A stretch of DNA of 64,000 nt from contig JAYWIR010000025.1 in the NCBI GenBank assembly GCA_036172245.1, positions 2,790,001-2,854,000 on the forward strand. The letters run 5' to 3'. Position numbers and translations under genes: made by a program. Source of the DNA: Raillietiella orientalis (taxonomy: Eukaryota). Positions 47,461 through 59,870 of this stretch are shown in pieces. Each line of letters starts with the position of its first letter. Within the stretch, counting starts at the first letter, position 1. The notes under the pieces were generated by a model. It searched no databases. It saw only the letters and a program-made list of their open reading frames with translations, and was not told the DNA's origin.

Positions 47461-49899
47461 CTACCTCTGAGAGGACCATCCCTGATACCTTCCACCTTCG
47501 GAGAGAGCCCATGAGCCCGCGGCCATCACGAAATGGTTCCCTCGTGTCCAAAGATGCAAGCAGACGAGAGGCCCTCGATTTTTGAATCCTCAGGGGAATT
47601 CTGGAGGTTCGGGAAGTGGCGGCGACACGAACAGGCTTCGGAACCGATACATCGCCTAGCGAGGCGCGCAGACCTTTCCGGAAGCTGCGACACTCAAGCA
47701 CCCACGCTGTCCGTCCGCCCGGCAGAATCCCGATCTAGCGGGCTCCAGGAGAAAAGCTGGCGATTTACCCTCCCCCTTCCCTGAATTTGCTCCGATCTGA
47801 TGCCGAAGAGGGAATTCGTCGTCGTCAGTGGTCACTACCTACTGCATCGAGCAAAGGTGCTCGCTTATCTCTGCGGGAACGCAGTTGCATTTCTTATCGG
47901 TATCTTCATGGAAGTTGAGTGCGTCCAGCAAGATAGTCGATCATTTATGGGAGCGGTCCTGCATCATGAAAACTGGGTGGTGGGATCTGCCCTGTCGGTC
48001 GTCACCGAAACGTAAGACTCGGTTTTTCTGGTGTCGTCCCGATGACCCTCGACAAACTGCTGGTCGTCCAAAAAAAAAAAAATGGGGCATTTCCCAGAGT
48101 GAGCTAAGAATGCCGACAGCCCGTTTAAGCGCGATGAAGGAGACGGAGGCTCCTCTTGGACTTCTCGTTGCGCCTGAGGATTTATCCACCCCATCTACTC
48201 ATCATCTGGACCAGGAGACACCTACGTCTCCCCCAGACATCCAGAGACAGCACCTGCACCGGGGTTTCCTCGCTGCCACGACGAGCCACATACGCAAATG
48301 CTGTCAACATCCCCTCCAGCACATCGAGCTCTGTTCCTGCAACACCGCTGATTCCATCCAATCACGTACGCAGGATTTCGAAACGGATACGTTTCTCAGG
48401 TTCCGAGTGAGGTGGTAGCGAGTTCTCACGCTTTTTGCCATCACGAAGAGTTAGCGGAGGAGCTGACGCCCGTATCCGAATCGATCGCGTCATCACGAGA
48501 GTGCCTTACGGGGAGAGAACCCTGCATTTCGATTCCCCATTCCTCTTGCCCACCTCTCTCACCCACGGAGACCCCTGTGCTGACTGTTTCCTCATGGTAT
48601 CGAAAGTGGAACGTCAAAGAGTAATGCCGAAGAAGTGCTACTGATCCACAACATGGATTCCGAACGAAATCGTCTGGTTCTATTTTTAGATCCACGGATG
48701 CAATCCAGACGTTCTTCTCGTTGCACGTCTGGAAGCTTCCAGGTCTCCGAGGTTCTCAGGATTTCTAATTTCTCCGTTTAGAAGATGTCCTGAGACAGGA
48801 ATTATCTGCGCGTTGGACTAGCACGAAGACTGTCTCCCCTTGCAAGAGTTTTTTGGGGTTCCTCAAATTAGGGCACCCCGAAAATGTATGCGTCCCCCCC
48901 CCCGTCCTTCTTCTCAGGAAAAGCAGGAAGTCGGATAGATCTTTTCTGGATCTTTGAGGAGGAAATTAGTCATGCATCTCTGAATTTACGGCGCGGTGCT
49001 GGATCGAATGCTCTGGAGATCGAATACAATCGTAAGAAAGTCAAAGAGGTTCTCAGACTGGGAAGAAGTCCAGCGAATCGGGACGAGATTGACAAGCACT
49101 CTGGATCTCTTTCCGTCGGTCGAAGGTCGCGGGGTCGCGGGGCGAATCGAAACTTTCAGGATGGGTCTGACTCTGCTGCGGCAGGACGTCCGAAACCTTC
49201 CTTCTGCTGACGACATCGGCGGCGTGGAAGAGCAGGCGACGAGTTACCCCACAGGGGTCTCCGTAGGATGGGCGGGAGGAGCATGTCGGGAAGATCTGGC
49301 CTTGGGAAGCCTTCCGACGAATCAGGCAGCTGGCACGTGACCGGCCTGAGGGTGAATTAGGTGTCGCTGGCGTTCTTCCCACACTTCCCTGCTCAGGATG
49401 CTGGCGATGCAGTTCACATAACCGAGAGCCGGGATCTCGGGGTCCTCCAGGGACAATTTGGTCAGCCGGATGAAACACCTCTCGTTCTGGTACCGCCAAA
49501 AGCTCTATGCACTTGTCGTTCTTCAGAGTCGCAGCTCTCGGTCCTCACGGAGGAAGAACACAGCAGTCTTGTGGTCTTCCCGTCCCGCCGTCCAGAAGCC
49601 GCGCCTCTGCTTCGTTCTCTCGCAGATGTGTTGGCTGGTGGTGCGCGCCGTGTTCTGGAGTTGCGTTCATACATGTCGCAAACTCCTCGTCCTCCGCGGA
49701 GATGTGCGCCTTGTCGAAGAAGATGCAGCGCAGGCACTGCATCCAGCAGCCGCTATTGGGGACGCGTCACTGGCGATGTCTGCCTGGAACAGCAGGAAGA
49801 GCTCTGGAAGACCCCCTGGCACCTTCTCGGGGAGGCGTGTGTCCTAGAGGTCCTCTCGCTCGGTTCCAACAACGAACACTTCGGAAGGGTGAGTGCTAC

Positions 49900-49974
49900 C
49901 GGGAATCCGGAAGATCCCACGTCATCCAGGCCCTGAGGGAGGATTTCGAAATTTCGGAAAATGCAGTGTTTCTT
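49900..49974 (+). repeat. 75-bp duplication, copy 2
   Basis: Same sequence as 46974-47048 except T>G at one position. Confidence 0.95.
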
Positions 49975-51337
49975 CACCGAGGAGCATGTCTTGCTGAAGG
50001 ATGCCTCGCCTGCGGGAGAAAGGAAACGTCCCTTTGCTGCAACTGGCGGCGGGATCGGCAGTGTGACCGCTAGGAAACAGCATCTGAAAAACCGCTGATT
50101 CTGAGGGTGCTCGAGTGACCTCGAAGAAGGGTTGCCATTCCTTCACGATTCGCCGAGGAAGTTTCGGTCCTGGACTACCAAAAGTTCCAGAGTGGAAGGC
50201 GCTCTGCAGAAAAGATCGAAACTTTCCCAGTAGCAGACGCAGAAGATTTTTCCGTTTGCCCCGCTCCAGTTCTTCACCCCTTCTTCAGGACTGTTCCCCT
50301 GGTCACCCATGTTGCTGATGAAAAACAAAGAACGATTGCCGTCCCCACCATCGGGTTGCGAGCGGGAAGTTTCCTCCTCCTCCGAACAGTCAGATGAGTG
50401 CCTTGCGTCCCGGTTTTGTGCTCTGTTGAGGTCTGGCTGATCTTTTGCCAGAATTTGCTAGTGGTGTGGTCAGTAAATGAGTGGTTTCCTTGTTCCCATA
50501 AGCGTGACAGCATTGTCGGCGTGGGTTTCTTGTCCACAGCAGGACTCGGCCTGCTTCGGTATAGGAAATCGTTGTGGCAGGAGAGAAACAGGCCATTCTG
50601 CACCCTCTGTCGGAGATCTGAAGGTCGGCCTCAATGTTTTCATGGCTTCTGGAGCATGAGAGTGTTCAAAGATGGCCTACTGGAACTTCCCCGTATTCCC
50701 GATGCGGATCCGGTCGATGTTTCCGGCTCCGCGTTTCAGCATTTCGCAAGCTTGAGGAACGTCTCCAACTACCTCATTGTGGATGACGGTGGGGATCATT
50801 CTGAAGGAGAAGACAATAGTTGGTCGCGAAGAAGGCCCTCAACTTCAGAGCGGTGTCAAGGAACCCTGAAGAACTGGAGTAAAGTACTTCAGCTCATTAA
50901 CAATGCAGAATTTCCTCCTTCTCAGGATTTCACGATGTCGGGGATTCCTATCGCCGGTAGCTTCGATTTAGGGACTTCAACTTTCTGACCCGACCCAGTC
51001 TCCGTACACTAAGTGGCTTCTATTCAGGAGCGCCATTCGACCGGCTTCGTTCCGCAAGAGGAAAAGCAGATCGCCGCGTATTCCAGGTGCTTGGTTGTTC
51101 CTCCTTCTGTTTGCATCTTTTTGAGCCAGCTTTCTCTATCGAGTAGGCTGGGGCGCAGTTTTCATGAACACAGCGAAGAGCACTGGACTCGGGGAGTTCT
51201 CCTGGAGAATGCCATTTTCCATTCCAATCGTTCTTGTTTCCTCTTTGCTAATGGCACTCTGGAGCCCCAAAGCGGGTTTGACATACGCAAAATGGACTTA
51301 GGGAAGCCAGATTGCCCAGCATCCAGGTAAGCAAGCT

Positions 51338-51772
51338 GTGATCGACAGAGTCGAACATTTTCTTAGTGTCCGCGAGCGTCAGCACCAGGTCGTTGTCTAC
51401 CATCCTATTGAAGGCAACTGGGGACACTCAACGTCCTCCTCCCCCACGTGGCGTGCTCAGACTGCGGGGGACTTTAACGTCCACCTGCTCACCGAGAATA
51501 GCGCCCACAAAAGGGAAAAGTTGCTTGTGGAGGAGATGTGCGCGTCCGTGCACGTGTGCAACTTGTTCGCTAGCGACCCCGATATGGCGGCATCGCCGGA
51601 CCATGCTTTCCTCGATGAACACTTACTCTCTCGAGTGGGTCGGAGTTTGCGTAGTACTGGTTACCTGGTGCATGATCATCCTTATTCCGTTGGCATCCGT
51701 GTTCAGGATGGAGACTGGCCTCCACTGGATGACCATGATCTGGTCTCCTCGCTCTGGAAGCAGCACTCTTGA
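51338..51772 (+). pseudogene. EEP/APE endonuclease domain relic (C-terminal half)
   Basis: QVVVYHP...TAGDFNVHLL...ASPDHAFL...DDHDLV contains the hallmark VY.P, GDFN, DH and terminal DH motifs. It ends in a stop and no RT follows. Confidence 0.65.
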
Positions 51773-52103
51773 GAGGCTCATATAGGTCCGGCATTCAGAC
51801 CAGGGAAAGCTGCGGACTCCATTAAACTGCATCTTTCCTCAAGTTATTTCTCAACATCGCTTGAGCCTTCTCTTCTCAGTTTACCACTTTATACATGCGG
51901 TCTAGATTAAATCTGCTTCCAATAAGAGGAGTAGCAAGAAGAATGGGAACCGATCGCTTTTGTCGACGCTGCAGCGTGTGGATCAGTGATCAGTGGAATT
52001 CCATCTCATACTGGAGAGGAATTCCGCGCGCTCCCCACTACTGAAGTCACTCGCGAGACGTCAGCACCAGATCGTTGTCGTGGTCCTATTTTCGTGGAAA
52101 GGT

Positions 52104-52147
52104 GTCTGAAGACGTTCCTTCCTCCTTAAGGAGGAACGTCTTCAGAC
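52104..52147. repeat. 44-bp near-perfect palindrome centred on TTAA
   Basis: gtctgaagacg[ttcc]ttcctcctt|aaggaggaacgtcttcagac: 20-bp arms, perfect except for a 4-nt insertion in the left arm. Confidence 0.95.
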
Positions 52148-53799
52148 GAACGTTCCGTCCGGAGAGTCCACAGGATAGGTGGACGTGCGCCGGCGGGTAA
52201 CGCTGGTCGTGCGGCGCATGGTTGCTGTATCAGACCCTGCCACCCCATCCTTGCGAAGCTGCTCAAAGGACGTTTTGACCTCCTCCGCACTGTGGCGTCT
52301 TCTTCGAGCTGAAGTGCTGGAGGAAGACAGCCGCTTGTTTACTTGCTGATGAATGGCGCCCCAGGATCTCTTTTTCTGTCTCGGAGAGCACTTTTTCGAA
52401 TAGGAAGACTCCTCGGTGTCGTTCCAGCGCTGCTCTTGTCTTCGGACGACGGCGCAGCGCGGGTAGAGCGGATGTCAAAACTTGAGTTCTCTCTCTTCTC
52501 CAGAATGCAGGGCTCCCCTTCCACACTGTTGGGAGATGCTGATGCCAGTACACGGAGTGAGAGGGACCCTGGGTGCTCTCATGAGATAAATGACGTGCTT
52601 CATGGTGTCCTATCCAGTCTGCAGACGGGGCAGATGGTGGTGGTTTCCAGAATGGTTGTTTGGGGTGGGACTCGCATTAGCCGAGCAGCGCGCTTCCGGT
52701 GTTTTTTTGGTTCTATGCAAAGCAAAAGATGAGACAGAAAGTGCAAGAGTTCTCTTCGGAGTTGTTTCCCATGAGTAAGAAGAAAGGACACCTCCCTCTG
52801 GAGTCTTCCCGGATTCATAGGGTGGTTCTCTTGGAGTACTTTTGTGATGCAGATATGATTCATCTCCTTTGAGCTCGTGCATCGATGGATCAGTGAGGCG
52901 CCTTCGTTCACTCAACCTCTCACACAAAGTCGAAAGCTTCAAGAGCGTCCGTCATGCTAGCAGCTGTGTGGTTTTGTGGATGACTGAGAAGACCCAAGTT
53001 ATTGAGTGCGAATAGCTTCCAGCGCATCTTCGAACTTTCTTTTCTGCCTGCTGACCTTCTTCAGTCCCCGCCCTCCTGGAATCCTGTCTCGTCTGGAAAC
53101 CTACCGATATGCTGCCGACAGAGACGTGCTCGAATGCGGGATCGACACAAACAGGAAACACGATACTGGGGAACCAGGAAGTTGCAAGAACTTCAGGAAT
53201 AAGGGACGGGGGAAAGAACTGCAGAGTCTAGTTGGATGAAACCATATGGGAAGTAAATGAGAAAACTGAGGAACAAATCCTTCGGTGGTTGTGCTGCGAT
53301 CCATTCCCCGTGTGAATCTCGAGGACAGCTGCCTGAAATTTCTGTGTTCGATCGCCATCCGACTGGCGCGACTTCTTGAAGGCCTGCGATTCTTTCCACA
53401 CTGTACTGGCGTCCATGACCAAAAGAAACGCATCAAGAGTCACGTGAAATCTCCTGCTCGTGGGATCACAGCAGCATCAGAGATGTGCAGAGAGATGCAA
53501 GATGTGCGGAGCGGAGATAGCCCGTTCCTACTTAAGGCCTCAGCAATTTGAACCTTTATATCCACAGAAAGACTCTTCGAATCTTTACGCGAGCAGAAAT
53601 CTTTACCAAAGACCTTCGCAAATCACACCTAGTGGCATATCGAGGAAGAGTGTGAGAGAAGTCACGAAGTAGGAATTTCGATTGCCTCTGCGATCCCTCA
53701 GGCGATCCTCCAATAGCAAAAGCATCAGTTCAAGGCACATCCGAAGATTCACAAGCCACATTCGCATCCGAAGATGCCCGGAAGAAAATCCGCCTACGA

Positions 53800-55000
53800 C
53801 CACATTGCAAGCAGACGAACTCCCTATGCAAGACCTTCCCGCCAAACGTGGAAGAGTCAATCTCGATGGCGTTCTTATGGAAGGTCTTATGCGTCCTACT
53901 CGAGACCGGACCCAGGAAGGCGGTTCCGGCACTTTTGAGAAGGACAAGAAATTTCTTTTGAAATGAGAGGAACGAAGTTGCCAACTGACTGTACGTCGTG
54001 GCCTTCCCCCTCAGTAGATGCGCCTCGATCCCTGCAGGAAATCGAAGCGCGTGCACCAAGGAATGGGATAGCGGTGCACCTCTAGGCCAAGTAATAGGGA
54101 GGGTCGCTGCACAATGGAAGTTGGAATGGGAAGCTCTGGAGGGGAAGCTAGAATGAAGCCCACGCCGAATGAGCTTACAGAGATGGGGACCAAAGATGCA
54201 GCGATCCGAGGAAATCCGAGGATTCATTGCATCGGCCGGAAAACTTTGGAACGAGTTTGTCAATGACTCTGTTGCCGCAGGAAACTGTTGGTCCTGTGAA
54301 TAAGCACGAAATGCAACAGCTGCATCCGAACAGCCGGAGAAGAGCTATGAGACTCGTCGGCAGATGACTACTGCAGCAGCATTTCTGTTCTGGAAGTAGG
54401 CACTTTTCCACGACATTCGAGCACGTTTCTGGCATCGAAGCTTCATTGTCGGAGGACATCATGATGGGGAGCGGCGGCTCTGTTTCTCTTCGGATGGACC
54501 TCACGCCATTTTCGATTTTGACGTCATTGCACGGATCCCCTTCGATGGCGAATGACTCCGGGATGGGCAGATGTGGCTCCTGGATGACGACCAGGGAAGT
54601 GGAGGAGTGGTGGATGAACCTGCAGGTGTTCTACTCTGAATCAAACGAAGTGAAGTCAAACAAATGAAACCGGTACGGGGCAGAGACTCTGGCACACCTC
54701 CAGGCTGTCCACGTCCTTCACGATGGAGTCCACCGTCTTGATGGTCTTCCCCGGTATGCGCTCGGAGCCTCACCTCTTGGGCGGCTGGTAGGCCCAGCTG
54801 CTCTCCAGGTCCCTTGTCGACAAATCCTTCGCCAGAGCTTCCATGGTGCTCAGCGCGTACCGGTTCACTTCCGACAGTCTGCAACCGGCAGTCTGCATCG
54901 ACAGGATGGAGCCTTTTCGATGAGGTAAGCGGCCTCAACGTTGAGCAAAGCAAGGACTCTATAGGATCACTTGCGGTCCCTAGACCCCGAGGCATATCGA
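53800..55000 (-). mobile_element. Decayed Gypsy RNase H/integrase relic
   Basis: LHPVDADCRL and ERIPGKTIKTVDSIV (~54900-54720; f.v.TDh..L and yipGk.N..aD), then KATTYSQLATSFL...KSAGTAFLG (~54000-53910; integrase sDnGt.F-like). WHQHLPTV at ~52540 may continue it. Confidence 0.35.
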
Positions 55001-55158
55001 AATGATCCCTTCCCTCTATCACGTCTCCCCGTGGATGACGAAGATCTCGTGGCAGCGGAAGCGTCCCCAGTGTCTTCTTCCGCCGAAGAAATCTATGAAT
55101 AGAGGGGCACACGGTGGGCTGTCTCCATAGAAGATTCAACTTATCCATCCCATGAGAA

Positions 55159-55940
55159 ATGTCTTTCCCGCAGATTTCGCCGGCGGAGAACGATGGTGTC
55201 AGCAGAAATCACCATCTCGCAGCATCAGAAGGGATTCCTGCTTTCCGGCAGGTTCTCCAAACAGGATCTCATCCTTCAGTCGGGACTCGGAGAGACACGG
55301 AAGGGTTCGGGGGATTGAAGGCCTTCTCTCCTTCAAGCCTTTATGAATCCCTAAACCATTCTCTACAGCTCGCTTTGAGTGGTTTGGAAATCGCTTTGCT
55401 TATTCCTTGTAGATTTGACCAATGTCTCGCGGCAACCGCTCACGAAATGTCACGTGACATTTTTGTGGAAAGTGGGGGCTGAAAGTGCCTTTTCGGAAGG
55501 AGCTGCTGATCAACAAGGACCCCTACTATACATCTTCATCTTTCATTCAGATTTGCAGAGCAGGAGTGCCCCTGAGCCCTTGTATCTCACATTGCAGTTG
55601 GACTTTGTGGAAGCTGGAAGAATCTTTTAGAGGAGATTCTTTTCGACTTGCACTATAAGTGATTGATTCCTCTTGTAAGATTCTGAGCCGAAGTCGAGGC
55701 CGTCACGCTAGAGAACGTATATCACAGAACCGGACTCCTTACCAACCTGAATGGAATGTTCCACCCTCCACTTCTTCGTCTCTGTGGTTGCGAGGGGAGT
55801 CAGGAAGACGAGGTTACCAAGCTCACGGTGCCGACTTCGTGGTCCTGGGAATTTCCGATACCCGCCGATATCTGGGAAAACTAGTTGGGGTGAACTTATT
55901 CCGCTCGCAGTCCCGAAGAAGCCAGGTGCTTTCCGAGTAG
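55159..55940 (+). mobile_element. Decayed L1/Tx1-like RT relic, domains 0-6
   Basis: ISPAENDGVS...RQVLQTGSHPS (0), LKAFSPSSLYES...FDQC (1-2), LTLQLDFVEAGRI (3), NVPPSTSSSL (4), QAHGADFVVL (5) and KLVGVNLFRSQS (6), colinear across frameshifts. Confidence 0.5.
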
Positions 55941-57699
55941 TCAGCACTCTGGACTGCGGTCTGTTTCCTTGACAAAAACTAGACGGCATTCTTTTTTATT
56001 TTTCCTTAGCCTTGTCCGTTACCATACCGGAAGAGTAGTCCGAACCTTCATACGAGCGCTTGTTTGGCAAGTCATCAGAAATGTACCCGACTTCCGAGAA
56101 GAGCAGCAGACGAATATTTGAATGCTGAACGCTTGAGGGCATGTCTTGTTCTCGTCACTCTGCCACTAAACGAGAACGATGATTTCGCCTTGAATGGTGT
56201 GCCTGTGGTGGTACCGCGCAAAGAATCTGATCGACAACCTCGGTCGCAGGCCTCAGGGCATTCATGTCTGACATCGTGTCAGAAAAGATCGAGAAACGAA
56301 GTACATGACATGCGGAGAGTAGGTCTCCAAGCGTCCAGGAAGATGGAGGATGCTCTGTACATTCGAGAATGGAGAATCAGAAACAACAATGGGAGGGTTC
56401 GCCTCTGGTGGAGATGCGATGGGGAGAATTAACCTCTGGGCCGAGCTCAGGCTCCCCGGCGCAGCGAGATGCCTCCTCCAGAAGCACCCAGATCGAGGAG
56501 ATGAAGTCACACCACCGTGAGTCCACTTGCATACCGAGTGTCGCGTACCGATCGCTGCTCTCACGCTCAGTCTGCTCAAGTCTGCCTGCTTGCAGGGAAA
56601 GCGCCCACAGAAAGTGATGCTCACGTCCAACATGGGACATGTCAGCAGCTGCAACAAGGGACGTAGCCGTCTGGTCAACCTCCTTGAGGGAGAGACTCAA
56701 GGGAAGAGAGAGCTGGTGATCCCTCAAACCAACCGATTCCCTGGAGACGACTCAAGAAACCGCTCGGCGTGGCCTGTCCAGGAGGGAGGCAACATGGCAA
56801 CACAGATGGAAGAATTATGGCAAAGAAAGGAGATCCCGCGTTCTCCGACAGAAGAGCGACGACTTGGGTGAGAACGCTGCTGGTGCTGAGATGCCTGGTG
56901 AGTCCGTAATCCTGAGAGCCGGATGGGTGAACGCTGGTGGAAGACATGAAGAAGAAGATGGTGGTCACCGCCGCAGCACGCGCGTTTCCTGAGGACACAC
57001 CTCTCGTGAGCACTCAGGATGGTTGTAGGACAAGAAAAAGGGATGACAAAGCGGTGGAAATCGTGAGGAATTCATCCTAAGTTCATAGTCCGCTCTGAAA
57101 CCGAGCGCTGCCCACGTTGTTGGACACGGAGAATGAGGACGAGGCTCACTCGAGATTCTTTTCGTGTATCGGAGAACACTCGGTGACCTAGAAGGCCGGA
57201 GGCTGCGCCGCTTCCAGTAGGGGAGAATGGCGGTGGTGAGCATGAGGGTGTGCCCACTTTCCTGACATCCTAAAATCTGGCTGGATCAGTCTGGACTCGC
57301 GCATTTACGGGCACGGAATTTCAAAGCGGAAGGCAGCTCTTCGCGGCTTCTCGTTGTGCGCTTGAAATTCCACACTGCCAGAGTGTCCCATGCGTGTGAA
57401 GCTACGGCACACACTGCAGAGAAAAGAAGGGTGATAGTTATGACTATGATCTTCAGAATCTTCGAAAAAGATCCCCTTGTGTGTGTGTGTTTTTCCCTTC
57501 TCGTGAAGACATCTAAGAAAGCAAGAAGCAGCGAAAGAATTGATCTCCTGGAAATCGCAGGTCGCACATGCAGAAGAACGTCTCCTCCAAAGTTTCCCCA
57601 AACCATCTGCGATCGTTTCAAGTCCTCTAGAAAAAAGGAGGGCAGAGCCGCTGTTTGGATAAAGGCACCTATCTCTGGAGCACTTGAAACACCTAGGAA

Positions 57700-59870
57700 T
57701 GCGATTCCACTGCCGAGCTTTCAAAAGCGAAGACGCGGAAGAGGATCCCATGGCCAGAGTAAGGACCGAAGATCTCCAGAGGTTCCGCTCAACATAGAAG
57801 TTGGTCACGATCCCATCAAAAACTCCGAACCGCCCACAGGTCTTCCTCGGCGTCTCAAACCCTTCCGGTGAGCAGTGGTCACTCGGTGACCTGCATTCCA
57901 TTGCATTCCTCGGTTCCCTTGCCTGATTTATGCGGCATTATGGTCATGGGAACCGAAGAGGTGGACGTAGTCTTGAAGTCTTCGACGTCAACAGCCGGCA
58001 CGCTGTGCAAAACAATCGAATAGGTTCGTACGGGTGTTTCGCAGGCTCCAACAGTCCGCCCGCGAGCCATCATCACAATGCAAACGGAAGGAGAGAGAGA
58101 GGAAAAGAAAGCATGTTTGTAGAAGGTTCTCTGCAAACATCCTGCTGCCCGGAAGCCTCTCCGGCACTTTCGAGATCTCGTACGGCTGTTCTCGGAATGG
58201 CCCGAAGAACTTTAATTGTCTCTCCATGAACCCTGGCTTGCGAGGCGCTTGTTGCACGAAATGAAGATCCACCAGACCGGGACGGCTCGCTGTCTCGGGC
58301 GTTCTGTTCGAACCTGGGAGGCGCCAGGCCGGCCGTGCTCCGGCCAAGGAATCCTTCGCAACCGAGTGATTGTACAGCAAGTGGTCCACGATGAGGTCCG
58401 GAGCAAGAGAGGCCGAGAAGTGCAGAATCTAGGAGATTGTGCCTCGCCCGGCAATGGCCAGAAAAGCGCCTCACATCACGCGAGCGCAGAAAGGACATCC
58501 TGAATGTGAAGTCGCAGCCACTCGAGGCCTCTGTCGATGCTTCGGGGTTCTTTTTTTGGTTCGAAAAGTGCTGAAGAACCATTCGCCTCCTTAGGGGAAG
58601 CTGACTGAGCTCTTTGACACTGCCCACCTTATAGGAGTGCAACTCTTGAAGGTAAGGGGGAATCCCGGAAAGACTATGTCATGAACCCAGGAAGGCTCCC
58701 TTCACTCTTGGTAGGCTGTAGAACACCTTGAAGGCTGGTTTCGAGCCTTTTTTTTCGGAGGGATCCTTATCTGATCCGAACTGGGACTGCTCGAAGTCCC
58801 TACGAGAATCCTGGGATGATTCTGCGAAAATCTCTGCAGCCTGCTGCAGAAGAAACCAGAGTGCGAGGCGCAAAATGCAAATGGTGCAAAGGTCTTCAGG
58901 AATGGTCGCCACTGCTTCAATACGAGTGACTGCGGTGATCTCAGCTTCCTCCATTGATGGGACTCTGTGCTTAATCACGCGGATGGTTTTTAGTCAGTGG
59001 ACGAGACTTACGGACTTTGCAGTTGATTTTTTCACATGTCACAAAGTCAGTTCTTCACACTGCTCCATGCACCGGAGAAGCATTCCGTGATTCTTATGGT
59101 GCCACTTGCAGTGTTGCTTGTACTGCACAAGACAAGAAAGACCGCCTGTTGAGTTGTTCCTTCCTGCCTGCTTCTATTCCGGTTTCCTGACTCTTCCAGA
59201 AGAAGCACTGAACCTACGTCATCTTGTGCTTGTTCCCCAGTGGAAGCCGCGACGTCGCCGCAGGATCCTTTTTTGCTGGTGCCTGGGGTCCCGATTGAGA
59301 AGCTTTAGGAGATGAAGAGTTCCCGCTTCTGATTCGGCACACACGCGATCTTTACTTCACGCGGTGCCGATGGCTCCACCCCGCGTCGAATGCAGCCTGT
59401 GGATCCACTTCGTTGGCGGGAGAAGGCTTCGCTGCGGAGCTCCACGTGCTCCCGTTCACGAGCCATTTCGTACGTGCCCCCTTTCCCCACCTCACCCACC
59501 CCTAAAAAAAAGAAAAAGAAAATGATTAACCGAAAAATCCTCACCTTAATGAGGAATGGTCCTTTGTCACGCAGAAGCTTTCAGTGTCCTGCATTGGTTT
59601 GTCGGCGGCCTCCCGTTTTCTTGTAAGATGGAGAAATATCGTGGAGAGTGCTGTGGCAGGGTCTGAAAAGGCAGTAGCGGGCGCAAGAAACCTTCCTACA
59701 GCGGTTCCCAGCGGCGATCTCGAAACCAACAAGAGCCACTCTCAGCATCCACGGCCCGTTCGATGTGGATCGAGAGAGATTCCAGTGGCTTCGAGGGATT
59801 CTCAGAATCATCCCCATCCCTCTAATCAGGGCGACACTTCCCTCCCGTGGGTAGGCATCCCTCCTCGGGC
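57700..59870 (-). mobile_element. Decayed Ty3/Gypsy pol relic (RT-RNaseH-integrase)
   Basis: LIRGMGMILRIPRSHWN...NGPWMLRV...STLHDISPSY (~59830-59625, RT N-terminal), TRIEAVATIPED...LRLALWFL...IFAE (~58925-58820), SGCDFTFR (~58510), VDVEDFKT...VPM (~57980) and RFGVFDGIVTN (~57820), in Gypsy order. Confidence 0.55.

Noticed and set aside
49545..49977. LRCIFFDKAH and NATP as RecQ/DExH-like motifs on the minus strand
   Set aside because: No Walker A motif and only short ORFs; too weak to call without an HMM search.
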